Source: Eledone cirrhosa (Eukaryota). Taken from it: a stretch of DNA of 64,000 nucleotides. Shown one piece after another: positions 1-14,970 of this stretch. Within the stretch, counting starts at the first letter, position 1. Every line of letters begins with the position of its first letter. The notes under the pieces were generated by a model. It made no database searches, had not been told where the DNA came from, and worked only from the letters and a program-made list of their open reading frames with translations. The stretch covers positions 620,001 to 684,000 of the forward strand of contig OZ024753.1 in NCBI GenBank assembly GCA_964016885.1, written 5' to 3'. The position numbers and the translations under genes were made by a program.

Positions 1-479
1 TTACCCAAGATTCATGACCATAGGTAAGGGTTGGCCTGAATACCGAATTGAAGATAGCGGGTTTGGCTTTTACGCCTACCTCTCTTCTGATTACTGAAGT
101 TGGCACATTACTGCACCAGCTCTTGGTAGATGCTTTAAGATAAGTAAAAACTACTGTAACTTTTTTTTCTTTGTGGGTGGGGATGTGAATTAAATCAAGC
201 CCAGCAATTTGAAGAGCAGGAGTAAAGTCGATTGAATTGACTCCGGTGCATTACTGCTGCTTTATTTATTTTATTGACCCCATAAAGATGAGGAGCAAAG
301 CGAAACTCGGCGGGATTTGAACTCAGAACGTAAAGGGCTGTAACAGGGTGTCCGACAATAATGATTTCTTCATAATAACAATAGTGATGGTGTCATGATA
401 AAAACACTGGTAGTTGTGCAACCTTATAATTGCTCCTTTATATGTTAAATCAATTTTTTCTACCTCTTATGTTAAAGCA

Positions 480-1000
480 AAAAAAAAAATGTTGAGAACA
501 ATGGCATTAATGGGACTGGAACCCTCGATGGTGAAGGTATTGCGCCCAACAGATTTGGAGTACCGGTCCGGCTCCAGCAGGTTATTATTCAGCAAAGGAC
601 CAGCAACCACGACAGAGGGGGAGTAAACCAGTAAATGTTATGGTCATGGACTGTTACTACTTGAGCAATCCTGTAGATGAAAATGAAGTCCTTATCAAAG
701 GATACCGACAACGAATGCATAAAAAAATGGAGAGAAAGAGGCTTGTTTCAACTCGCAGAACAGAGGTTATGTGACAAAGAAAAAAAAAAAGAAAGAAAAT
801 TGCCGGTTGACAGAAGTGGAATTTGCAGCTATCAAAAGATGGGTATCAGGAAACAGCAGTGAAAGAAATGGTGAAAATGAAGGTGTTACTGAGGAAAGGG
901 AAACTACAGCAGAGGATAAGAGTGAAGAGATTTCTGGTAACCCACAGAAAGAAGGTAGAGATGGTTTGTCTAGTTAGAGAAATGTAGATGGTAAGGAAGA
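480..1000 (+). mobile_element. 5' fragment of an R4/Dong-clade non-LTR retrotransposon ORF
   Basis: Cross-frame translation VMVMDCYYLSNP...GYRQRMHKKWRERGLFQLAEQRLCD...TEVEFAAIKR resembles recalled R4/Dong/Rex6 N-termini. Frameshifted. Confidence 0.6.
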
Positions 1001-1191
1001 CAATGAAAACATGACAGATGAACAGAAGGTAATGTACAACAGAATACAGGCAAGGTTTACAGGAGGACAACACAAAACTTATTTGCAACCTAAAGGTTGA
1101 TCAATGCAAGCTAAACCAAGAAACATAGAGTGAACAAAGTTCTGAAATGCATCAGAACAAATAACGCGCGTATGTGTGTGTGTGTGCGTGT

Positions 1192-1250
<59 letters not shown>

Positions 1251-2025
1251 GATAGATAGATAGAGAGAGAGAGAGAGAGTAATAATAAATGTGAAGACTA
1301 AAATTCTTAAACTTTAATCTGTTATTTTAATAATTATTTCTAATTTTGGCACAAGGCCAGACATTTTTTGTTTGGGAGGGGGGATGGGAAGTCAATAAAA
1401 TAGTACTTGACTGGTACTTTATTTTATTGACCCCTGAATGATAAAAGGTAAAGTTGACCTTACTGGGATTTGAACTCAGAATATAGAAAGTCGTAACTAA
1501 ATACCGCAAAGATATTTGTTAGATGCTCTACCGATTCTGCCAATCCACTTTCCTTCAGCTAACATTAATAATAATAATAATAATAATAATCATAATAATG
1601 ATAACATTTATTATTATTGATGCTAGCTGAAGAACAGTAATATTTTTTGTTAACATGCAAGATACAATTTAATAATAGGAAAAATATAAAGAAAGAAACA
1701 TTGCATCAACAATAACAATATCAGACAGAATGAAAGTAACAAAGATTTCTATTGCTGGAGTGCTTGATTGTGGTGATTTCTAGAGAAGCAAATAAGTTTA
1801 GTAGCAAAATATTTTTTATTAGCTGCTGAATAAATAACAAAGAAGTAGCTAAATACTGCTAATGCAGCTGCCTCTAGCAAACCAGACACCAATATTGTAG
1901 CCATTTTGAAATTATAATACCTATTGCATAAAAAAAATAAAAAATAAAAAAGTAAATAAAAAAGCAACCTATTTTACAGTTTATTGACCTTTTTTGGTAC
2001 AAAAACGTCTGAAACTGCTTCTTAA

Positions 2026-2207
2026 CCTTTTAGCATTTAAACCAACTGTATCTAGCCAGAATTACAGGCTGCTCATACTGATATTAAGGTATTGTTCTCA
2101 AAATACATAACAAAATCCCGTAGATTCGATATTAGATAGATATGTGAGATAAAGTGTTTACTATGTAAATACAATAGTAACTATAGAGTAATTTAAATGC
2201 TAAAGGG
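2026..2207. mobile_element. TTAA-flanked piggyBac-like MITE (copies ~9895, 17360, 38090, 39225, 44695, 50362, 52040, 56410, 57142)
   Basis: TTAA-CCTTTTAGCATTTAAA...TTTAAATGCTAAAGGG-TTAA. Confidence 0.8.
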
Positions 2208-4073
2208 TTAATCTATGATAGAAACTGTTTTAAAGTCTAAAAAGCTTCCATCATAATTATATGTAAGGAGCTTATTTATATTCTAAACTTAATAATAAGA
2301 CATTATTATAAAATAAAGTACCAGTGTGTGGCTGGTACTGTATTTTATCAACCCTGTACCAGTGTGTGGCTGGTACTGTATTTTATCAACCCTGTAAGGA
2401 TGAAAGGCAAAGCTAACCTTGGCAGGATTTGAACTCAGAATGTAAAGGGCCATAACTGTATGCTGCAAAGCATGATGTCTGACACTCTACCGATACTGCC
2501 AATCCACTGCCCAATAATGGTTTCTGATTTAGGCACAAGGCCAGCAATTTTGGGGGAGGGGGGAAAGTCAATTAAATCGACCCCATCTGGTACTTTATTT
2601 TATTGACCCCGTAAAGATGAAAGGCAAAGTTAACCTCAGCGGGATTTAAACTCAGAACGTAAAGGGCCGTAACTCTATGCTGCAAAGCATATTACCCAAC
2701 GCTCTATAGATACTGATAATCCATGGAATAATAACAATAATAAAAATAACAATTGTTTCTAGTTTAGGCAAAAGGCTAGCAATTTGAAGGGGAGGGGAAA
2801 GTTGATTAAATCAACCCCAGTGCATTACTGGTGCTTTATTTTATCGACCCCATAGGATGAAAGGCAAAGCTAACCTCAGTGGGATTTGAACTCATAATGT
2901 AAAGGGCAGTAACCACCACCACCACAACAAATAATGATAATTATAAAGCTAATAAATCATTTAAATATGACATAACTATGATATTTTCAAATCTTAATGT
3001 AAACAATAATTACTATATACAATTTACTGATAAAGATTAAAGCTTGCAACAAAAAAAGAAAAAAACAGAGGGGGAGATATCAATAAATAAAAATAAATAA
3101 GAGAAAGAAAGAAAAAGAGAGAAACGAAGAAAGCTAATGATGTAATTTTTGAAGCAAAATTAAAACAAAAAATGAAAAAAAAAAACAGCGACTGTATTTC
3201 CCAGCATTGAAGACGCTCCAATGGTATGACATGGCTACATATTTCAAATTTTGACAAGAAAAGACAAGAAAAAAAACTCAATCCTTTTGATAGTAAACCA
3301 CCCGAAACTAATTATTTGTATGATACAAAACTGTTTATTTTGAGGTGTTTATGTTCACCTAAAAACCTTCCATAACCATTTTATGTAAAAAGCTTTATGT
3401 ACCAAACATGACCTTCATAATGATATTGTTAGTTTTGTTACTAAATTTCCTCCCAAATCCTTGATTATTTTCATAATCAATTGAAACCCCATACAAAATG
3501 TCTTTCATGAAAAATATGGTAATGAAAGGGTTAGTATGAAATGATTAGTGTAACATATGGACTCCAGGGTAAATTTTCTGGAAAATTTACCCTGGAGGCC
3601 ATTTGGAAAAAAAACAACGCCTTCCACACTGGGGAAATACAGTAGTTTCTTTTCAATAACGAATAAAAAAAAATATTTGTGAAGATTTTGCAAGTTTTCC
3701 AGGAAGTGACTAATGGTACATATATTGGCTCCTGGTGTCATGACAGCTGCTGAATTGCTAAGTTGCATAGCCACACAGAAAAAAAAAAAAAATAGTGGTA
3801 TATATATATATAATCTTTTTATCCCCAATAACCAGAAACAATACAAGAAATCCTAATTTTTTTTTACCATGTCTGTGCCTGTGCACAAATATTTGCTTCC
3901 AGTCATCTACAACAGAAAGGGATTCCAGGGTTTAATAAAATAACAAACAAAACAAAAATATAGATGAAATAAAATGAGAACAAGAGGAATTTTAGGAGGA
4001 ATTTGGAGAGGGGTTCTTTTGCCAGAAAGATCATAAGTACTGAGTGTGGTTATTGTTCTGCCTGCTAGAAAAA

Positions 4074-4131
<58 letters not shown>

Positions 4132-5026
4132 CAGGGTGTGGACGATATTTGTTCGCAATTTTCAACTGCTAATTTTATGCAAATTTTTTGTTACTTCCGT
4201 TGTCACTCTTGTCTTCATAAAAACGGTGACAATATTTCCATTATTGATTTTCAGAATAATTGATTAGAAATAATTTTGTACCTCCAAATTTGTGGAAGAG
4301 ACATGGAGTTCTTGGAATCTGCGCCGGGAGGACAAATAAGGACCAGAAGATCAACTCCCAGAACAACAGGTGGCTCATTCTGTCTCATCCAAAGATGTGC
4401 CCAGGGTCATGCAGACAAAGTTTCCAGCGACAACATTGGTCTTAGTTGTCGTCAGCAGTCAAGGTGACGTCATGCCACCTCACTTCTTCCTTGAGGGCCT
4501 CAAACTGAACACCGATGGCTACATCCGCGTTCTGAGCGAGATAGTGAAGCCCTGGATCAACCAGGTAGCTGCAGGTAGGCCATACGTGTGGCAGCAAGAC
4601 TCAGCAACCCGGCCATACCAGCCAAAAGACCCAAGCCTGGCTGTCAGAGAACTTCGTCGACCACATTTCACCTGACATCTGGCCTCCCAGCTTGCCTGAC
4701 TGTAACCCCCTCGACGTCTTTGTGTGGGGCGCAGTGGAACGAGACACCAACAGATCTAGCTGCAATACAAAAGACGTTCTGAAGGCCAGGATCATAAGTG
4801 CCTTTAGGGGCCTAAGTCGGGGGGACAGTGACAAAGGCTTCTAGCCGGTTCTGATGCCGCCTTGAGGCCGTCATCAAAGCCAATGGCGGGTTTATCGATT
4901 GAGATCGAAAGAACAAGTCATGAAGACAAACTGACCCAACTTTGATAAATATATCTTAAAAAATAAAACTACTGTCTTATTCTTTCCTAGACAGTAATCT
5001 TGCAAACAAATATCATCCGCACCCTG
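4132..5026 (+). mobile_element. Internally deleted Tc1/mariner-superfamily DD37D (maT) transposon
   Basis: ~27-bp TIRs CAGGGTG(T/C)GGA(C/T)GATATTTGTT(C/T)GCAA with TA TSDs. WQQDSAPGHT...WPPSLPDCNPLD gives 37 residues between the Ds after fixing a +1 frameshift near 4606. N-terminal DNA-binding domain is missing. Confidence 0.9.
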
Positions 5027-6442
5027 TATATATATCATTATATATGACTATATATATATATATGTATAACTATATATACATACATATATGACTATATATA
5101 TATATATATAACTATATATGACTATATATATATATATATAACTATATATATATATATATATAAATATATATAACTATATATATATATATATATAAATATA
5201 TATAACTATATATATATATATATATATAAATATATATAACTATATATATATATATATATAAATATATATAACTATATATATATATATATATAAATATATA
5301 TAACTATATATATATATAAATATATATAACTATATATATATATAAATATATATAACTATATATATATATAAATATATATAACTATATATATATATAAATA
5401 TATATAACTATATATATATATAAATATATATAACTATATATATATATAAATATATATAACTATATATATATATAAATATATATAACTATATATATATATA
5501 TAAATATATATAACTATATATATATATATAAATATATATAACTATATATATATATAAATATATATAACTATATATATATATAAATATATATAACTATATA
5601 TATATATAAATATATATAACTATAAATATATATAAATATAAATATATATAAATATATATAACTATAAATATATATAACTATATATATATATAAATATATA
5701 TAACTATAAATATATATAACTATATATATATATAAATATATATAACTATATATATATATAAATATATATAACTATATATATATATAAATATATATAACTA
5801 TATATATATATATAAATATATATAACTATATATATATATATAAATATATATAACTATATATATATATATAAATATATATAACTATATATATATATAAATA
5901 TATATAACTATATATATATATAAATATATATAACTATATATATATATAAATATATATAACTATAAATATATATAAATATAAATATATATAAATATATATA
6001 ACTATAAATATATATAACTATATATATATATAAATATATATAACTATAAATATATATAACTATATATATATAAATATATATAACTATATATATATAAATA
6101 TATATGACTATATATATATACATATGACTATATATATATATATACATATGACTATATATATATATACATATATGACTATATATATATACATATATGACAA
6201 TATATATATACATATATGACAATATATATATACATATATGACAATATATATATATATGACAATATATATATACATATATGCCTATATATATATACATATG
6301 ACTATATATATATACATATGACTATATATATATACATATGACTATATATATATATATGACTATATATATATACATATGACTATATATATATACATATGAC
6401 TATATATATATACATGACTATATAAATATACATGACTATATC

Positions 6443-6474
<32 letters not shown>

Positions 6475-6898
6475 TTATGTAATAAACAACATTGCCTTAT
6501 GTTTTTTATTACATAATAATAATAATTAAGCTCTGTTGCCTACATAGAGCACTCTCTTTTCCTGGACTTTTCCGATGGAATTACTTCATTTCACATATTT
6601 ATATATATACATATGACTATATATATATATATATACATATAGATATGACTATATATATATATACATATAACTATATATATGACTATATATATATATATAC
6701 ATATAACTATATATATATATATATATGACTATATATATATTTCGTTTCTGAATTTGTTTAGCAAGATTCTTTATCTGAAATCGTGTGTTGAAACCGATAT
6801 TGTTATTCTTTGGAGGATCATATATAATAAATTGAAGTGAAAGCAACTAGGTGCGTGTGTTTCTTATTGGCAACATTGACCCTCCCAAAGTATAACGA

Positions 6899-6934
<36 letters not shown>

Positions 6935-8023
6935 CTATATATATATATATATGACTATATATATATATATATGACTATATATATATATATATATATGACT
7001 ATATATATATATATATATGACTATATATATATATATATATATGACTATATATATATATATATGACTATATATATATATATATATATGACTATATATATAT
7101 ATATATATATGACTATATATATATATATATATATGACTATATATATATATATATGACTATATATATATATATATGACTATATATATATATATATATGGAC
7201 TATATAATATATATATAACTATATATATATATATAACTATATATATATATATATAACTATATATATATATATATAACTATATATATATATATATAACTAT
7301 ATAACTATATATATAACTATATATATAAACTATATAACTATATATATAACTATATAACTATATATATAACTATATAACTATATATATAACTATATAACTA
7401 TATATATAACTATATAACTATATATATAACTATATAACTATATATATAACTATATAACTATATATATAACTATATAACTATATATATAACTATATAACTA
7501 TATATATAACTATATAACTATATATATAAACTATATAACTATATATATAACTATATAACTATATATATAAACTATATAACTATATATAACTATATAACTA
7601 TATATATAACTATATAACTATATATATAACTATATAACTATATATATATAACTATATATATATATATATATAACTATATATATTATATATATAAACTATA
7701 TATATATATATATATAACTATATATATATATATAACTATATATATATATAACTATATATATATATATATATAACTATATATATATATATATATAACTATA
7801 TATAACTATATACATATATATATATATAACTATATATATATATATATTAACTATATATATATATATATATAACTATATATATATATATATATAACTATAT
7901 ATAACTATATATATATATATATAACTATATATATATATATATATATATATAACTATATATATATATAACTATATATATATATAACTATATATATATATAT
8001 AACTATATATATATATATAACTA

Positions 8024-8063
<40 letters not shown>

Positions 8064-8520
8064 CATATATATGACTATATATATATATATATATATATAA
8101 CTATATATATATATATATACATATATATGACTATATATATATATATATATATAACTATATATATATATATATATACATATATATGACTATATATATATAT
8201 ATATATATAACATATATATGACTATATATATATATATATACATATATATGACTATATATATATATATATACATATATATGACTATATATATATATATACA
8301 TATATATGACTATATATATATATATATATACATATATATGACTATATATATATATACATATATATATATATACATATATACATATACATATACATATATA
8401 TGACTATATATATATATACATATATATATATATACATATATACATATACATATATATGACTATATATATATATACACATATATATTACTATATATATATA
8501 TATATATACATATATATGAC

Positions 8521-8552
<32 letters not shown>

Positions 8553-8570
8553 CATATATATGATATATGC
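5027..8570. repeat. Compound (TA)n-derived satellite (TAAC/TGAC/TAAA interruptions) with two short unique islands
   Basis: Direct inspection. Confidence 0.97.
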
Positions 8571-8872
8571 GCGAGATATACTAATTCTCTATATTTATCT
8601 CCAAATTATTTGTTGAGCGAAACTTGCCAAAATTTACTGCTATGGTTCATGGTAGTAGTTAGGCTCTTGTCATAATACCACCCCACTCCCTCACTGATTA
8701 ACCCCAGTGTCACGTGATTGATTCTTTAGAATTTGCCACTGACCAAGTAGGCAGTGAATTTTTTCAGTGCCCTGGAATATAGTCCCCGCTAACTTTATTC
8801 CATCCATTGAATTATTATTTTTATATGGGTTCCTAGTGTCCGCGCATTGCCTGGGAACTTAGCTGAGAATAG

Positions 8873-8954
8873 ACTCCCTGATGACGTAAGGACTTCTCTA
8901 TAGTTACATTACATAACTATATTTATTCCCTTACAGAAACTAATTAGTTGGAGT
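8873..8954 (+). ncRNA. Type-I hammerhead ribozyme motif (Penelope/retrozyme-like)
   Basis: ACTCC-CTGATGA-c-GTAAGG..(internal hairpin TATAGTTA/TAACTATA)..CCTTAC-a-GAAAC-TAATTA-GTT-GGAGT. Stems I, II and a palindromic stem III are all present. Confidence 0.75.
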
Positions 8955-11272
8955 GAAAATTTTAGTAAGTAAGTTAATTTTAATTTTTAAAATTTTCTTA
9001 TTTTACGTCTTTCATATCATCATCATCATCATCGTTTAACGTCCGTGTTCCACGCTTGCATGGGTTTGGACTGGAATTTTCCCACTTGAGGCAAGAGTGA
9101 TTGTCTTGCTCGCATAGGACTGTCTGGCGGGTTTTCTACAGCTGGATGCCCTTCCTAACACCAACCACATTTACAGTGCATATATATATATTTATATATA
9201 TATATGACTATATATATATTTATATATATGACTATATATATATTTATATATATGACTATATATATATATATGACTATATACATATATATATGTATATATA
9301 TAGAATAAATAGAGGTAGATGGAAGGAAGCTATGCTGGAGAGGACTCATTCAATCAATGCAAAATGCAAGCATGGAAAAGTATACATAAAACTGATGATA
9401 ATAATGACACACATACACTTAGGGTGGTTTGATTCTCTGCAGGCATTTCTGTTTATATTTTTCTATTTCCCAGCATATTCTACAATTATTTATAGTTATC
9501 TACATTCTGGTGGTTTCTCCCCGAAAAGCTAACATATTTTCACATTTCCCCACCATTTCATGAATTACCCAAATGTTTATATATTATATAATATATATAT
9601 GTATGTTTATATATTATATAATATATATATGTATGTTTATATATTATATAATATATACATGTATGTTTATATATTATATAATATATATGTATGTTTGTAT
9701 ACATCCATGTATTTTAATATTAGATTTATCTGAAAACCTGGCAAATAGAATCTTTGTCTGATGAAGGTTTACTGATTAGGGTGTTTGACCCATGGTCATG
9801 AGTTTAATTCCCAGTGATGCAGGTGTTGTGTCTTTAAGCAAGACACTTTATTTCTCATTGTTCCCATTCACTCATTAAGTTTTACAAGTAATTAACCCTT
9901 TAACATTTACATTACTCTATATTTACTATTGTATTTTCACAGTAAAGGCTTTACCTCACATAATTATCTCCCATAATATCAAATCTATAAAATTTTGATA
10001 TTTATTTTGAGAACAATATCTTAACATAAGTATGAGCAGCCAGTTACAGCAGGTTTGAACAGAAAGAGGTGAGAACATTCTGCCAGTTTAAATGCTAAAG
10101 GGTTTTAAAAATCCATCAATTTTGCAGTGAGGGAAAGTTGATTATATTGACACCAATGCTAGACTGCTAGTTTATTTTATCAACCAAAGAAGGCAACCTA
10201 AATGGCAATGTTGAGCTTGGCAACATTCAAACTCAAAACAAAAAAAAACTGAAACAAATACCATAAAGCATTTTGTTTGGCATTCTAATTCTCCTACCAA
10301 CCACTTCTCTGTATTATTTAGCAGTAGCAGTTGTAGTAGATAAAGATTTCTAGTATAGGCACAAGGCCAGCAATTTGGGGAGGGGAAAGTCAATTAAATC
10401 GACCATAGTACTTACAGGTGCGTTGTTTTATTGATTCTGTAAGGATGAAATGCAAAGCTAACCTCAGCAGTATTTGAATTCAGTACGTAAAGGGCCATAG
10501 ATATGCCCTTTATATGCCATAAATATGCCCTATATATGTTGTCCGATGCTTTACTGATACTGCCAATCCACTGCCCTTAAACTAAAAATAATAATAATAA
10601 TAATGGTGTCTTATATAGGCACCAGGCCATCAATTTGGTGGGAGATTAGATCGACCCCAGTGCATGACGTACTTTATTTTGTCAACACCACAAGGATGAA
10701 AGACAAAGTTAACCTCGGCGGGATTTGAACTCAGATCATAAAGGGCCGTAACTCTATACTGCAAAGCATGGCGTCTGACCCTCTACCAATACTGCCAATC
10801 CACCGCCCCTTAATAATAATAATAAATAATATTAAACATATGCACAAGACCAAAAATCAGGGGTGGCCAAGGAAAAGTTAATTATATTGACGCCATATTT
10901 CACTGTACTTATTTTATCGACCCAGCCCTCCAGGTGGATGAATTTGCAATATACATACAAGGTCACACAAAGGCATACATTTTTTTAGGGTGGTGGGAAA
11001 TGGAGTAAACAATCAAAACAACATCAGTACTTATTTTATCAAGTCTGAAAGGATAGAAATGTGAAAATTAATGACATTTTTTTTTCTTGTAGGGGATCTC
11101 ACTGTCAAATATAGGACTGGAAAAAAGGCTTGTTTATTAGTAAAACAATTAAAGTCAGGATTTAGCAATGAAAACAACACTTTTGTAAATTTTATGAATA
11201 AATACACAAAAGATAATAACCAAGACAGACAAAAATATATTCATATTAAAATGCGAAATATTTACAATATTG

Positions 11273-11328
<56 letters not shown>

Positions 11329-11448
11329 AAAAAATGTGTGGATGTGAGAAAACATTCTATACAGATCATGTATTCGAAAAGTGCACCTGGTATATATAAA
11401 AAGGATTTTTATAACATGTACAAAACATTTTTTGTACATGTTATAAAG

Positions 11449-11480
<32 letters not shown>

Positions 11481-12134
11481 CCAGGTGTGCTTTTCGAACC
11501 CCCTTTTTTAAATTATCATTTTTCTTATATATATAACGAGAGATGGGTTCACTGCGGCCATCTGGCCTGTCCCTCCTCTAACAGTGCCATCCAGTTCGAC
11601 ACAGTAAATGAGGTTGGTGTTAGGAAGGTAAAATCCCTGGCTAAATTTACAGTCCCATTGGAGCAAGGTACGGCATAGAAGTCTGGTTAGACTAACCCCT
11701 GCAAACATAGAAAAACAAGAGCATTCTGTCCAACCCACTATGTATATATATAACTGATTTCCATGGGACTAGAACTGTTTGATTCATTTGAAATCATCAG
11801 GAAAGTCCTGTAAAAAACATTTCTATATGAAATAAGATTTCTATACCAACGGTCCATCTACAATATAGATACCAACTAATTTATCATCATTATATCTATC
11901 TTTTCCTTTCATCTCTTCGTTTACCTCAAAATATCTATTCTTACGTGGATTTCTTAAAGATAGGTTTTGTTTTCTTCATATCTCCAAAATTATGTCAAAT
12001 AGTATATGTAACGGCTTGAATGAAAGTGAAAGCTCTCACTTTTCGTAAACATGGCTGTATTTGTTTATTTATATATTTGTGTGTATGTGACTTGGAAACT
12101 GTTAAAATTCTATGTATCAGCCATTAATTGTAAA

Positions 12135-12790
12135 GGTAAGATGGAGAGGTGCCTCTGCAAGACTAATTGCAGGCAAACACCGTAGTTATAAACTTTTCTG
12201 GGTGGGTAATGATGACGGGTTAGGTGGGGTGGGCATATTACTGGCTGAGAGATGGATCAATAAGACAATAGAGGTAGTTAGAGTTAGTTAGAGGTAGTTA
12301 GAGTTAGTGATAGAATAATTAAGCTTAGATTAGCTGTAGGCAAGAGACTACTGACAATCATCTCTGCCTATGCTCCCCAGGCAGGCCTAGGTAAAGAAGA
12401 GAAAGACTGCTTTTATGAGCAATTTTTACAAACAGCCTCAATGACAGAGGACAAAGACATCGTTATGCTAGCGGGGGACTTCAATGGACATGTTGGACAG
12501 CTCCAGGATGGATACACTGGAGTACATGGTGGGCACAGTTATGGCTCAAGAAATGAAGAAGGAGTGAGGCTTCTTGAATTTTGTGATGCAAATGCACTAA
12601 CCATTTGCAACACTAACTGGAAGCTAAAAGACCTTTCATTAAAATATATATTTAGCAAAGCCCTTCAAGATGTGTATGACGAAAAAGAAGACGATTTAGA
12701 GTTATATGACATATATGACAACTGGAATTTCTTGCGTGACAACTTACTGCAGGCTACTGAAGAAACTTGTGGTTGGGGCAGAAAATAGTG
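12135..12790 (+). mobile_element. RTE-clade LINE fragment (APE endonuclease)
   Basis: RWRGASARL..GGVGILL..VSDRII..IISAYAPQ..AGDFNGHVG..YGSRNEEGVRLLEFC..ICNT. Confidence 0.9.
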
Positions 12791-13204
12791 GATTAGATAA
12801 TAATTCAGGTTTCATAGGCAGTTACGTAACTCCATTGAAACGTGTAACGACTCTACTGTATAAACAAATGTTCCTTTGAACTTCAACAAATGTTGCCTAG
12901 TTTTTCCTGATATTCTGTATATAATATATTACTCTATGGAATACTCCTTGGAACCTATGTATCATACTCCATAACACATTTCATATCATCCAGGTATTTA
13001 TGATACACAACTCCATTAACTACGATAAGCACGACTAACTGGTAAGTTGTCTCTTCCCTTTTGTTATGCACATCCACTATACAAAAATGTGAAATTTCCT
13101 ACAAAAACGAATACCTCTATTTACTCTTGAGCAAGACACTTTATTTCACATTGCTCCAGTTTACTCAGCTGTAGAAAGGAGATGATAGGGAATGGGTTCC
13201 TTAT

Positions 13205-13376
13205 CATTCCACTGTAAAGTGGTCGTGGAGGTGCCATGGCAAAAAAGCACCCAGCACTCACTGTAAATGAGGTTGGTGTTAGGAAGGGCATCCAGCTGTA
13301 GAAATCAAGCCAGAATCAGTTCCCATCCCACCCTTGCAAGCAGGGAAAAGCGAACGTAAAATGATGATGATGATGA

Positions 13377-13380
<4 letters not shown>
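13205..13380 (+). mobile_element. RTE-associated 3' tail/SINE family ending in (GAT)n (also ~9015, 11600, 22350, 53160, 58240, 63560)
   Basis: Recurrent ggttggtgttaggaagggcatccagctgtagaaa...gacgttaaatgatgatgat. Confidence 0.7.
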
Positions 13381-13449
<69 letters not shown>

Positions 13450-13762
13450 AGCAAAAAGAGAGTCAGTGTTGCGATGAAAGGAATTTATTGGACATATTGG
13501 GTGACCAGCTCGAGGCACGATTGATAGGTTGATCATACCCGACTCTGAAATCTCTCGGTCGTCGGATACGTCTTGATTCTACGAAGCAAATTTTCCTAAA
13601 GAAAACATTTGTAATATGTCCAATAAATTCCTTTCGTCGCAACACTGACTCTTTTTTCTGTGATATCATACTCTGCTCTACGAGGGCATTGAGTGCTCAT
13701 ACGGCCTACCGCATGCGGACGCTTTAAGGATCCAACACCAATTATATATATATATATATATA

Positions 13763-13913
13763 TCTCTCAGACATGACAACCCTTAATATATATGTCTCTC
13801 AGACATGACAACCCTTAATATATATGTCTCTCAGACATGACAACCCTTAATATATATGTCTCTCAGACATGACAACCCTTAATATATATGTCTCTCAGAC
13901 ATGACAACCCTTA
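13763..13913. repeat. 32-bp tandem repeat x5
   Basis: tatatatgtctctcagacatgacaacccttaa. Confidence 0.9.
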
Positions 13914-13926
13914 ATTTTAATTTTGG

Positions 13927-13977
<51 letters not shown>

Positions 13978-14795
13978 AGTAAATAGAGGTATTTGTTTTT
14001 GTAGAAAATTATATATATATATATAAATTGAGAGAAATAGGTGAAAGGTGCTGAGTGACTGTTGATTCAACTGTGTATGTGTGTGACCCCTATCCCACAT
14101 TTTATTCATAAGGCTGAGTTCATTGAAGCCTTTACAAGGATGAGGGCTTGTCAATTTTTTTTTTTTTGTTTTGCTGTAAAGGGGTGAAGTACTAGAGGGG
14201 CCTAGCTATGGGTCAATACAGTCCTGGTGTGTGTGTATATATGAGGGCATGTGTGTGTGCAAATATGTGTGAGTGTGTGCATATGTGTGAGAATGTATGC
14301 ATACATGTATGTGCACATGTGAAGAGTAACTTGCAGAAGAGGATCAACATTTATATTAAACAGTGCAAAGCAAATATCTGTCAATGAATATATTTAGAGG
14401 TGACAGATGATTAGTGAAAGGCAACCCTTTAGACTATATCAGCAATTAATCTCAACGTATGTCGGAGGAGGTGACAGAGGCAGATTAAGCTTGTATTGAG
14501 AAATCTAGTGAAAACCTCATTGGAGCCCCTGCATGAAAATTTCATGGATAGGATGCTAGTCCATTTCAGAGTTAACCCCCAGCTACTGCTGGCATTCATT
14601 TTAAGCTGAATGTAATGGAGCAACATGGAAATGTTTTGCTCAAGAACACAATGCATCACCCTGGCCAGGAATTGCATCCACAATATTGAGATCATTAGTC
14701 TAACACTCTAACCACTAGTAGACTTGTAATAGTCTAACACTAACCACTAGTAGACTTGTAATAGTCTAACACTAACCACTAGTAGACTTGTAATA

Positions 14796-14970
14796 CAGTG
14801 AAATTCTGTTATAATAAAATTCACGGGGTATAAAAAAATTTTGTTGCAATGAATAATTCTTTATAACAAGGTCAACCTAACACATCGAGTGTGTGACCAG
14901 GGATTGAAACAAATTTCATTATACTGAAAAATTTGTTATAATGGTATTCGTTATAACAGAATTTTATCTG
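14796..14970. mobile_element. Tigger/pogo-like MITE (second copy 54631-54770)
   Basis: TA-CAGTGAAATTCTGTTATAA...TTATAACAGAATTTTATCTG-TA. Confidence 0.75.
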
